From NCBI GenBank assembly GCA_964188305.1, contig OZ076894.1: DNA of 64,000 nucleotides. The stretch is one strand, 5' to 3'. The first letter of the stretch is position 1, and each line of letters begins with the position of its first letter. Under the pieces are notes generated by a model. That model made no database searches, had not been told where the DNA came from, and saw nothing but the letters and a program-made list of their open reading frames with translations. The translations under genes were made by a program, and so were the position numbers. Shown one piece after another: positions 13,018 to 24,600 of the stretch. This DNA is from Podarcis bocagei. Its lineage: Eukaryota.

Positions 13018-13505
13018 TTATAGAATCATAGAATTGTAGAGTTTGAAGGGACCCCCGAGGTTAATCTAGTCCAGCCCCTACAATGCAGGAATCTCAGCTA
13101 AAGCAACCAAGATAGATGGCCATCCAACCTTTGCTTAAAAACCTGCAAAGAGGGAGAGTCCACAAACTCCCAAGGGAGACAATTCCGCTGTTGAACCACT
13201 CTTACTGTCAGAAAGTTATTGCTGATGTTTAGTCAGAATCTCCTTTCTTTTAACTTCAAGCCATGGGTTCGAGTCCTACCCTCCACAGCAGGAGAAAACA
13301 AGCTTGTTCCCTCTTCCATGTGACAGCCCTTCAGATATTTGAAGATGGCTATCACATCTCTTCTCAGTCTCCTCGTTACCAGGCTAAACATACTCAGTTA
13401 CCTCAACCGTTCTTCATAAGGCTTGGTTTCCAGACCCTTGATCATCTTGGTCGCCCCCTCTGCACACGTTCCAACTTGTCAACATCCTTCTTCAGTTGCG
13501 GTGTC
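13018..13505 (-). mobile_element. CR1 LINE 3' fragment
   Basis: Similar to 35760-36240; tagaatcatagaat tail. Confidence 0.8.
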
Positions 13506-13899
13506 CTTTCTTAGAGGCAAGCAGCACTGGTAACCATGTGGCTACAGTATTGCAATTTGGCTTCTCGTTTTCATATGTTACTGGAGTGACTTGGGGCTGT
13601 ACTATGTGTGAGCAGCCCCCACACCCCAAGAGTAACATGAGAATTAGGCCTTAATTCTGGAGTAGCCAGAGTTGTGCCCACCATTTGTTGTTAGACTCCA
13701 CTGCTATCAGCCTTCTGAGTATGGTCAGAGGACAGGCATAATGTGTGTTGAAGTCAGACAACTGGAGAGTATCATGTTGTGTACTTCTGCCTTAATTAAA
13801 GTGAACATACACTCTGAGGATTTGGGAATTAGGTTATAAATGTTCCTATTGCAAGTTTATACATATCTAAGATACCTTTTGTATGTACTTTGTATTTTT

Positions 13900-14255
13900 G
13901 GGACTACTACGGGTGGCACCGTGGGTTAAACCACAGAGCCTAGGACTTGCCAATCAGAAGGTCTGCAGTTCGAATCGCCAAAACGGGGTGAGCTCCCTTT
14001 GCTCGGTCCCTGCTCCTGCCAACCTAGCAGTTCGAAAGCACGTCAAAGTGCAAGTAGATTAATAGGTACCGCTCCGGCGGGAAGGTAAACGGCGTTTCCG
14101 TGTGCTGCTCTGGTTCGCCAGCAGCGGCTTAGTCATGCTGGCCACATGACCCAGAAGCTGTACGCTGGCTCCCTCGGCCAATAAAGCAAGATGAGCACTG
14201 CAACCCCAGAGTCGGTCACGACTGGACCTAATGGTCAGGGGTCCCTTTACCTTTA
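13900..14255 (+). mobile_element. Sauria SINE, full length
   Basis: GGGTGGCACCGTGGGTTAAACC...GGGGTCCCTTTACCTTTA. Confidence 0.9.
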
Positions 14256-14356
14256 CATATTTGGACTATATCATTTCTGGTTATTTCAGTTAACTCCTTT
14301 GGGGTTAATCTAGGAATTTTAATGTGTCACATTTTAATACATGAGCTATGACCTCA

Positions 14357-14793
14357 TGTAGTGGTTGGGAGTTACTCGTGAGTAATCCTGCTCCGTTTGA
14401 GCATCGGATTGCCTGGTTAAACCCTCCAGACTGCGCAGCCCATATTAGCGTGGCTGCCCTTAGTCACTCGTAGAATCTGTCTGTGGGCGTTTCTTAAAGC
14501 GTTGCCAACATAAGAGTTGTTTGACGCCCAATCGTTTCCGCCTCTCACTGCGCGGGAGTCTCCTGCGCAGGGTGGGCATGGGCAGCGGGGTGCTTGGGCT
14601 CTCCTCGCTAACTTCCAACGAAGAGTCCTGGAGCTCCTGCACCTCCCTGTCCCGTTGCTCTCCTGGATCCCTGGTGTTACACTCATTCTCTTCCCCTTCT
14701 TCCCGGCTGAGTCTCCCCCTAGCGCTTGGACCTTCCCCTGCAGAATCAGAGACCCTCTCCTTCTCCCGTGCCTCTGATGGCAGTTCCCTGACA
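14357..14793 (-). mobile_element. Solo LTR (TG...CA) with 5-bp TSD CCTCA
   Basis: Termini TGTA/GACA; flanks cctca...cctca; homologous to 45339-45847; orientation tentative. Confidence 0.8.
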
Positions 14794-14855
14794 CCTCACA
14801 TGGGATCCTATGCATGTCTGAAAGCCACAATGGGTTCAGTGGGGTTTAATTAATG

Positions 14856-14991
14856 CAGGCTTCCTCAAACTCGGCCCTCCAGATGTTTTGAGACTACAAT
14901 TCCCATCATCCTTGACCACTGGTCCTGCTAGCTAGGGATCATGGGAGTTGTAGGCCAAAAACATCTGGAGGGCCGAGTTTGAGGAAACCTG
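14856..14991. mobile_element. hAT-like MITE (~135 bp), near 8-bp TSD A(A/T)TTAATG
   Basis: Long TIRs; near-identical to 12040-12172. Confidence 0.8.
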
Positions 14992-15984
14992 ATTTAATGC
15001 ATAAGATTGCAGCCTACATAATATAATACCCTAATTTCAGACCATTGCAAGAACATAAAAATAAAGGATTCCAGCTCATATCTTTCTCTTTTGTAAAGAG
15101 CTGATGAACGTAATTGACACCTAAGAAACTACTATGATTAACCTCATCCGGATGCATTGACTTCTGTAAATGAAAAGGCCACATTACCATGATGAGTCAC
15201 AATCTAAACCTTGATTCTTTGACATATATAGACCTTACAAGAGACTGAAATGCAACATTGGATAATGAAGTATATTGTCTTAGCTCTCCCCTCCCCCTCC
15301 CAGCAATTATGTTACACAAGGGAATCAAGTGTCTGCAGAGTGAGAGACAGAACAGATTTTCTGTATCATTTATCCACCTCGGGCAATGTTTATTGCAACA
15401 GGTAAAAGTTTTTTTCTGGTTTCTCACTGAAATTATTCTCAAAAAACTGTACTGTAAAATGGCTGTCTTGGATGTTATGGACTACTAAGTGATGATAGAA
15501 GCAAGAGCAATGAATTGATTTCCCAGCAGCTGAAATCCATGAAGTTCCAGCTGCGCAGATTTACAAGTTGAGCAAATTCACCATATTCACAAAATGGGGA
15601 AATTGCATTGACTGATCAGTTCTATTGCCCTGTCAGTGTATATGACAGCAGAAGTGGCCCACCAGATTTCCCCATTTTGCCCATGAGACCCTTTTGGCCA
15701 TGCTACACACCCTTGCCCTCCAGTTGAGGTGTGGGGCCTGCAAATCACCTGATAATCTACTTGAAGCACCACCATGCTTGTTGCCACTTGCAAAGAGAAA
15801 GGACTTGGCAAGCACCCACAATCAGCTGGTTGTCCAGGCATGCGAAGACTCACCCACCTGTCAAAGTTGGCCTGCCAGTGGGGATCCACTTCCTCACTTC
15901 TGATATTATCATTGTTATCACTCAGTGCTTTTGGGGGGACGCAGGGGGGTGCATACCCCTAAACCCCTTATGGTCTTCAAACAA

Positions 15985-16355
15985 AAACATCTTGGAGGGC
16001 CCGGGCCACAGGGAGGTTAGGCTGGCCTCAACCAGAGCCAGGGCTTTTTCGGCTGTGGCTCCAATCTGGTGGAACGCTCTGTCACAAGAGACTAGGGCCC
16101 TGTGGGACTTGACATCTTTCCGCAGGGCCTGCAAGACAGAGCTGTTCCACCAGGCCTTTGGCCAGGGCACAGCCTGACCCCCTCCTTTGACAATCCTCAC
16201 AGAACTCTAGCCCAATGGTTGCCATTAATTTGATTTGAACTGATTTTATAATGAAATGATTTTAGAATGTTGTATTATTTTACTTTTGTTAGCTGCTCTG
16301 AGCCCAGCTTCGGCTGGGGAGGGCGGGATATAAATAAAAAGTTATTATTATTATT
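15985..16355 (+). mobile_element. L2 3' fragment inserted into a hAT-like MITE (15923-16485)
   Basis: RAFSAVAPIWWNAL; MITE ends CAGTGCTTTT/AAAAAAGCACTG; uninterrupted relative at 56400-56552. Confidence 0.7.
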
Positions 16356-16859
16356 AAACATTTTGTGAATCTTTGTACTTTTGTCCATTTACTGTATTTA
16401 TTTTTCCCCATTTGAACTATAATATTGTGATTTTCTTGAGTCAAAATGAGAGTACCCCTAAACAATTTTTTAGAAAAAAGCACTGATTATTATTATTATT
16501 AAATTTGTTAGTTGCTTTGTTTTGCCAGGGGCAACCCAAAGCGACTTAAAAACAAACAGACAAACAGAAAATAAACCCCATATAAGTAAATTAAAACCAA
16601 GAGGAAAGAGAAATACATTAATAAGCATCCAACCCGAGTCTAAAAGGCCACAGACATATACGGTAATTTATGAACCTAATAAGTATCTAAAGCCATTTGC
16701 CACTGTTGCTGTATCTAGGTTTTATTTTATTTGTTTTTTATCTTATATTTTGGAAATGTACCCCTAGTTGTTGTTTTTCCTTTAAATTTTTTTGGGGCAC
16801 CCAAGAGAGTGGGGCTCTAAGCCATAGCTTGTTTAGTTTATATGTAAATCCGGCACTGG

Positions 16860-17250
16860 GAGAGGTGGTCCTTGAAGTATTGCAATCCTGAGGTGTTTAA
16901 GGCTTTATAGTTCAAAACCAGCACTTTGAACTGGGCCCAAATACTGATTGGCAGCCAATACAGTTGGGCCAGGATTGGTGTTATGTTCTCAAACTGGTGA
17001 GCAACCTGGCTGCTGAATTTTGCAGCAGTTGAAGTTTCTGAACTGTCAGCAGAAGCAGCTCCACATATAACACATTGCAGTAATCTAACCTAGATGTTGC
17101 CAGAGCAAAGACAACAGACGTTAGGGGTCCAAATAGGGGTTCAGCTGGGCCATCAGCCCAAGCTGAGTGGGCCACCACACCACCTGAGCTTCAAGCAACA
17201 GCAATGGACCCAGAAGTACCCCCAAGCTGCATACCTGCTCCTTACGGCAT
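16860..17250 (-). mobile_element. Degenerate L2 ORF2 fragment
   Basis: ALATSRLDYCN.LY...KLQLLQNSAARLLT. Confidence 0.75.
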
Positions 17251-17680
17251 TTTACAGAGTAAAAAAAACTCTACAGTGTCCTGAAAAGTGCCAATTACAC
17301 TGCTGAAACAATATAGGCAACATCAATATGCTCCTGCCATCAAGGAGCTTGAAGTGTGAAACAGATCATGGGGAAATGACAGAGGGTGAGAGGGAAAGGC
17401 AGCGAGGGACGACTGTGACTAAATGCCATCCTTAAGGCTTGGTTACATTGGAAATGAAGATGAAGAGACCACATCCAGCTTGTGAAAATCCTATTTGCAA
17501 TCCTGCTGCAAAATATAATAACAGATGCATACCAGACATCAACCCTGATTCATCAATAACTTGAGTACATGAGCCACAGGGTCCCTTCGGTCTGCTTTCC
17601 TCTTTGTATGCTTTGCAATAGCAGCCCATTGATCTAGAAGTAGGAGATCATTCAATTAATGCATTTTATTAGCATGGGCA

Positions 17681-18049
17681 GGGACGCGGGTGGCGCTGTG
17701 GGTAAAACCTCAGTGCCTAGGACTTGCCGATCGTATGGTCGGCGGTTCGAATTCCCACGGCGGGGTGAGCTCCCGTCTTTCGGTCCCAGCTCCTGCCCAC
17801 CTAGCAGTTCGAAAGCACCCCTAAGTGCAAGTAGATAAATAGGTACCGCTTTATAGCGGGAAGGTAAACGGCGTTTCCGTGTGCTGCACTGGTGCTGGCT
17901 CGCCAGAGCAGCTTCGTCACGCTGGCCATGTGACCCGGAAGTGTCTCCGGACAGCGCTGGCCCCCGGCCTCTTAAGTGAGATCGGCGCACAACCCTAGAG
18001 TCGGACACGACTGGCCCGTACGGGCAGGGGTACCTTTACCTTTACCTTT
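17681..18049 (+). mobile_element. Sauria SINE, distinct CpG-rich subfamily, TSD TTTATTAGCATGGGCA
   Basis: Variant body, (ACCTTT)3 tail, 16-bp direct repeats. Confidence 0.9.
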
Positions 18050-20780
18050 ATTAGCATGGGCAATGCCTTAATTCCAGTAAACCAGAGCTCTATGTGCCAA
18101 CATATGGGAGATACAACCAACTCTGATGGGGGTTTTCCCCTTTTCAACATGAAAGCAGCTGCAGGAGGCTCTGGTTTCAATCAGAGCAACAGCATTGTGG
18201 ACAAGAAGATTTAATTCCTCCTCCTTTAAAGTAAAGCAAATCTTGAGCAATATGGCAACCCCCCTCTGTCAAAGAAAATCAACCAAAAATGTCAAACTTT
18301 TGAAATGATGGTTGTTCTTGAATGGCTGCACCAAGCCCACACATCTACAGCATAGAGGTCTTATTCTGCATGCAATAACACAGATATTGGCAGGACAATT
18401 TTATGTAAGATCAAAGAAGCACAAATTGTGCAATCAAAATATATATATGCACATTAAAAAAAACACCATGCATTTAATAATTTACGTCTTTCTTGCCCCC
18501 ACTGCCACATTAGTTTGTTGTGGCAACATTTGGAATGGAATATAGTCAAGACTTAGCTGTGAGCATCTGCTGCAGGCATCACAATTTACAATACCCCAAA
18601 TGTAGGAGGGGGCGGAGTTCTGCAATCAAAACCACAGCCATAATCATACAATCCAACCAAAGTGAAGTCCCGTTGATTTCAGTGGGAGAGAGTTCAGCGT
18701 GAGTCTAATTCTTCCACTGAAGTTAATTGGACTTGAAAGTGCTTTAATTTTTGTCTGGATAGTATTTTGCAGAATTTGTTTCACGGGTAAAGTATCGATG
18801 CTGATATATGCAAGTCATATGCCAATCTATATCCAAAGCTGAATTTTACATGGCAATCAGGCTATTCTTGACCAGCATACTAATGGTTTGTTTCGGTGCT
18901 CTACGTTGATGGCAAGGCTTCCACTTCTTGTCATCAGTTGAGAGAGAGCCCTAAGAGCTCTACAAATGCGTTATTCTCTTCTGAGCAACAGCTGCGCTGC
19001 CTATCAGCCCCCTGCAGAACAGTAGCCTCCTCTTTGCTTCCCAACAGCATTTCCACATGGGGAAGAGTCTTTGAGTGCCTTCTCTAACCTTTCCGCCTTT
19101 GGTCACAGCGGGGTGATCCTCTAGCTTAGTCAGCCGTATGGAGGAGGACAAAGTGGGTGACTGTGCCTATGTCATAGCAGAATTCTGTCAAAATTAATGA
19201 GTGATGCATTAATACATCATTATAATTGGCTGCAATTCATCGTTTAAGATCCTAATTGTGCTCCAAGTGTCTGGTCTGCTTCTCTGGCAGATAAACTATT
19301 TCTCCAGAAATCATGCCTATCTGCTTCTGACTCAAATTAGCTTTGCTTTTCAATAGGAACCCATTCAGATAGATAGCAAATAAGTCATGTGTTGCCAAGG
19401 TTGGCCTAGAAAATGTCAAAAAGAAAGGTCTTTATATTTATTGGTTGTTTAAAAAAATATTTGGAAGGCTTTCAAGCCGTACATGTTCTTCATCAAGGAT
19501 CTGATATTCAGAGCAAAAACCAAAAGGACCTCAAGAGGGATGTTAATTTCCCACATCTAGGTTTGGTGGCTTCATAAAATAAGATCACCAAGTTTTGTAT
19601 GGCAGGTGGTCTGCCCAGATAATAATTGGTGGAGGTCTCAGGTATTTTTAGGAAACATACTGCAAATAAATTATAGTGATTTTTTTTTGGAGGGGTCAGA
19701 TTTTTAATTCCATTGGGGCAGCACAGAACCAGTTTAAGGCAGGGAACCATTAACATTGGATTTTTACTCATCGAGATGCAAACGTTTTTGTGCCGGTAAT
19801 TAAAATGATTCAATGAAATTGATCATTTAGCTTTCCCCTGACAGACCAGAGAAACTTATTGACATATGCATGAAAGAGCCTTATCATGCCATCAGTGTTT
19901 CAAGTTTATTTATGATTCAGGCATTCGTCCTCACTGGATTAACATAGAGGATTAGCATGGAGGAAGAGAATGGGGCCATATCCACTGGCTCCTCCCATAC
20001 ATTTGAGGCCCCACCCCTTTCCTCCATGCGTTGGAAAGCACATGTGTAGAGGAGGCCAAGCATCAAAATAACACACACACCCCACTACCGCTTTTTTAAA
20101 AATAGCCTAGAAATATGGGAGGGTTGGGTGGGGAAAAGGAAATGATATTTCCTTTGGAATCTGGGACTCAATATGACTAGACAGGAAAGTTAGTCCTGTT
20201 GGGGGAAATGTCCTTTCAGATTCTTCCACTGAGTGCTGATTTCACAAATAAGAGAATGAGTTCTCTGCGAAATAATGTTCACCTATAGATGAGCCCCAAA
20301 ATACTTCTTCCCTCCCTCGCACCTTGTCTGAAACTCTCCCAAGAGAAAATATTATTTCTGCAGACCTACAGAATCAGAGATTGCCACCTCTAGTGTACAG
20401 CTGCCATCTGCTGGGCACATGGCTTGCTACATTCACTATCTGTCTCTGGCTGTCCCTGTTTGTAGCAAGCGCCCAGTCTTCATTCCCTTTGGTTGTCCTC
20501 ATGGGTAGACAGAGGTTGCTAAGAAATATATGAATTTATAAATACCAACCTTTATATCATAGGAACATAGGAAAGTGCTTTATACTGAGTCAGACCGTTA
20601 CACCATCTAGCTTAGTATTATCTATGCCAAGTCCTCATCTGCACTATACATTTAAAGCAGTGTCATCCTGTTAGTATTTCATGCCTTCGATGCTGCAGAT
20701 GTGATTGTTGTAAATTACATGCCTGTCTGAGAAGAGCGTGAGAAAATGGAAGGCAGTCTTATTTCTTCTGCTGTAATGTA

Positions 20781-21041
20781 CAGTGGACGCTCGGGTTGCA
20801 AACATGATCCATGTGGGAAGCACATTTGCAATCCATAGCGTCCACAACCCGCAGAGCCGCATCTGCGCACGCGCAGGTCACAATTTGGCATTTCTGCGCA
20901 TGCACAAAGCACAATTCAGCACTTCTGCGCATGCACAAGCACCGAAACCCAGAAGTAACCTGTTCTGGTACTTCCAGGTTCGGTGCAGTGCACAACCCGA
21001 AACTGTGTAACCTGAAGCGTCCGTAACCCAAGGTATGACTG
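20781..21041. mobile_element. Tigger/pogo-like MITE (TA-CAGT...ACTG-TA)
   Basis: Terminal motifs and TA flanks; relatives at ~27850-28097 and 41523-41725. Confidence 0.7.
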
Positions 21042-21392
21042 TACTTTCACTTTTACTTGTTCTTTTTGTTCTATCAGAGCTAGAGAGAATGGTCGTCATT
21101 ATGCTTTGTCTGTACATAGTGTGTAAATAAATAGTAGATTAGATCTACAATGTCTCACTCTTCTTGCTGTGTTTTGCCAGAAGATTAAGTGTGCATATAC
21201 TAGCTGGTATATGTCGCTGAGCGCACTGGAGAAGAGGGGAAATGCCTTTTCCAGGGCTGCGCATACTGGAGGACGCTCGGAGTTTCGAGGAGGATTGCAG
21301 GCACCCCCAGGGCGTTTTTCCAACACATCCCCCTTTGCCTTCTCCCAAAGAATCCTGGGAACTGTAGTTAGTTAAGGGCGTTGAGAGTTGTT

Positions 21393-21738
21393 AAAGGTAA
21401 AGGATAAAGGGACCCCTGACCATTAGGCCCAGTCATGGCCGACTCTGGGGTTGCTGCGCTCATCTCGCTTTATTGGCCAAGGGAGCTGGCGTACAGCTTC
21501 CGGGTCATGTGGCCAGCATGACTAAGCCACTTCTGGCGAACCAGAGCAGCCGTTTACCTTCCTGCCAGAGCGGTACCTATTTATCTACTTGCAATTTGAC
21601 GTGCTTTCGAACTGCTAGGTGGGCAGGAACTGGGACCAAGCAACCGGAGCTCACCCCGTCGCGGGGATTCGAACCGCCGACCTTCTGATCAGCAAGTCCT
21701 AGGCTCTGTGGTTTAACCCACAGCACCACCTGCATCCC
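21393..21738 (-). mobile_element. Sauria SINE nested in an older repeat, TSD GAGAGTTGTTA
   Basis: Direct comparison with the other copies. Confidence 0.85.
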
Positions 21739-23784
21739 TCTAGAGAGTTGTTAGGAAACCCTATATTCCTCTCACAAAGCTAAACCCCCGAGAGTTTCCT
21801 AGGGAAAGGGGTTGAATGTTAAACCATCATGAAAATTGTAGCTTATGAGAATTGTAGAGCATGTCATGGGTTCGAGCCCCATATTGGGCAAAAAGATTCC
21901 TGCATTGCAGGAAGTTGGACTAGAGGATTCTTGTGGTCCCTTCCAAATCTACAGTTATATGATTCTATTATCCTTTTACATCTGGCCACCCTTCTGCACA
22001 GCCTTCTAGCCCAATGGTGACACAAACATACATGCCAACCACATTCCTAAACATCACTTACCAAAGAGTAAGCCCATTGAACACAGTGGGAGTGGTTTCT
22101 GAAAAAACACTGTTAACCTTTTCAACATTGCAGAAGTCCACCAAAACCTCCCTTTTATGAGGGGGGGGGTCTTGCTTGTGCTTTCATACTCTTCTACACA
22201 TAGAAGTTTTACAATCATACCTGATTGTAGGCTTCACATACATGCCATTGTTCTCTTTTATATATTCTGCTATTTTTCTCCTCCTGCACTCATGGATGAG
22301 GCATGCTGGTTGCACCAGGTTAACTTAGTTGTAGGTAATTCTGTTGGGATTTAGGACAATTCCTTTTATCCACCATTGAGCCCATACAAGCTGCATGCTC
22401 TTTGTAATGAATCCAATTATCCAATCTAGTAGCTAATTAATTAACCTCCTTGTTAAACACAGGAGAGGATTTCCAATAGTGCCATTCCCAAGTACCAATT
22501 AAAAGCCTTTTAGACTCATAGGCAAATAATTGTGCCTCTGTTGGGGGTTTTCAGGCAAGTGTCTTAGCGCCTGAAGGAAATGCAATCAAATGATATTACT
22601 CAGCAGCTGCAGAGGATACAAAGGTCTTGCCTGCAGTTAGCATTTAGGAGATTACACTTCCCCATTAGTTTATCAGATGAACCAGGTTGTGTGGCTAGTA
22701 TAGAGTATTTTTGTTTACAAACTGACTTCTATTTCTTTATGAGAAATGTAGAATTCATGTACAGTAGCATGAACTGACCTTGTCCTAAAAAGTGGTTTGC
22801 AAGATGGCCTACTCAGGGATGTATTTAAATGAGGGCTGTCACCTGGTTAAAGAAACCTGTTGTTTTCTGCTTTGGGGTTCATACAAGCTTGGAGTTGGAG
22901 TGCAACTTTGGGTTGTTGTTGTTGTTATTGATATTATTGATGATGTTGTTGTTGTTAATACCACGCTTGTCTGACTGGGTTGCCCCAACTACTGTAGGCA
23001 GCTTCCAACAGAATATAAAAATACAACTACGCATCGCAAATTAAAAACTTCCCGATCCAGGACTGCTGATCTGAGATCCCACAAAGCTGTTTGATCTCAG
23101 CCAGGAGTTCCATAGAATTGGGACCCACAAAACCGAATGCATGAATAGCTCAGTTGGTGAAGAGCATAGTGCTGATATGCCAAGGTCGCAAGCTTGATAG
23201 CTATGTGGGACAGCTGCAGATTCCAGCCTTGCAGAGGGGTTGGACTAAATGATCCTCAGAAATAAATTGCCATTTATTCCATTTATATAACCCTTTATCC
23301 GAAGATCCCAGGGCAGTGTACAACAATAAAAACTTAATCTACGTAGCACAATAAAAAAATAAAATCTTTCTCTCTGTGTTTTCTCTCTATATATGTCATA
23401 TACATATATATATAGATGTGTGTGTATACATATCTGTATATATACACATACACATAATACTAAATATGTTTCTCTGTGTTTGTTTCATTGTTCTTTTATT
23501 GTGGATTCATACATGAATGAATATGAACAGGAATTACTTTTAAGGTCTCCCTTCCGTCCCCAAGCAGCACAACTACGCAGACGTCGACCAAAGAGCTGCT
23601 TCTTTGAGTGGCAAAGCATTCATTCACACATATCTCCTGATAAGCACAAGGAGGCGGGACCTTTCCCCCTTCCTCCCTCATCAATCCTCCTATCAGGATG
23701 AGCCTTCGGGTTGCCCTCCCGCTCCCACGTCCAACATCAGCAGCCGTTTGCTCTCCTTGTGGCTCCTCCCATTCTGGGCGACGC

Positions 23785-23831
23785 GGCCAATCCGCTCCCC
23801 CTAGCAACGGTGTCAGGTTTACCTTAGCAAC
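23785..23831 (+). promoter_or_regulatory. Ciliary-gene proximal promoter: CCAAT box (23787), RFX half site CTAGCAAC (23801-23808), X-box GTTTACCTTAGCAAC (23817-23831)
   Basis: Motifs visible 110-155 bp upstream of the RSPH6A ATG in a locally CpG-rich stretch; RFX control of motile-cilia genes is established. Confidence 0.7.
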
Positions 23832-23836
23832 GCCCG

Positions 23837-23838
<2 letters not shown>

Positions 23839-23868
<30 letters not shown>
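23839..23868 (+). repeat. (CTG)10 trinucleotide repeat in the probable RSPH6A 5' UTR
   Basis: Direct read. Confidence 0.9.
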
Positions 23869-23871
<3 letters not shown>

Positions 23872-23941
23872 GGAGCCGTTGCTAGCGAGAAACAGAGAAA
23901 GAGGGCGAAGCTAAAGAAGGCCGCAGGTCTCCCGCTTCCCC

Positions 23942-24600
23942 ATGGCAGATCCTCCAGGCGACCAGCCTCAGAATGGGGAGAACCCCCAGCAGCAGGAGCC
24001 CTCCAGGCAGCCCAGCCAGCCAGACCCCGGGGGGCTGCAGCCAGAGGCAGCCCCTCCAGTGATTTCTGAACCTGAGGGAGACCAAGGCCCTGACCAGGAC
24101 GGCTCCATTTCTGGTGAATTCCCAGATCAGCTACCACGAGGCAGCATGTACCAACCCCAGGAGCCAAGGCTGAGCGTCTATGAACAGCCAGACGGAAGAG
24201 GCGGCATGTACCAGCCTCACCAGGCGAGGGGCGCCCTGTTTCAGGCGAGGGGCGGCATGCCTTGGCAGCAGCAACAGCCCCAGCTGCTGCAACCGCCCAC
24301 CCTGCCCAGGGGAAGCTTCCCTCAGATTCAAGACCCCATGGGAGCCATGTACCAGGACCAAATGCAGCAGCCGGTCACAAGAGGCAGCTTCCACATCCCG
24401 GTGTCGAGAGGCAGCCAAATCATGCAACAGGAGAGCTTAGTTCACGGCCCTTACCAAGCCCACGAGCCTGGCATCGGCCTCTACCAGTTGGGGGCCACCT
24501 TGATGGAAGACCAGATCCCGGATCCGGGACCCAGGGCGTTGGCGATAAAGAATGCCAAAGCCTACCTGCTGAAGACGAGCCTCAAAACCGGCGTGAGCTT
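23942..24600 (+). CDS. RSPH6A: RSPH6A exon 1 (Q/P/G-rich N-terminus to [10 protein letters not shown])
   Basis: ATG in good context (cccATGG); donor gtgagt at 24601. Confidence 0.88.

Noticed and set aside
1-23600. Exons of expected neighbours (TACR3, SYMPK, RWDD1, DMWD)
   Set aside because: No recognisable peptides found by eye; the short ORFs here are repeat-derived or random.
23698-24069. 123-aa ORF with a poly-Leu signal-peptide-like stretch overlapping the RSPH6A start
   Set aside because: The poly-Leu comes from the CTG repeat, and the ATG lies upstream of the CCAAT/X-box promoter, so it is probably not transcribed.
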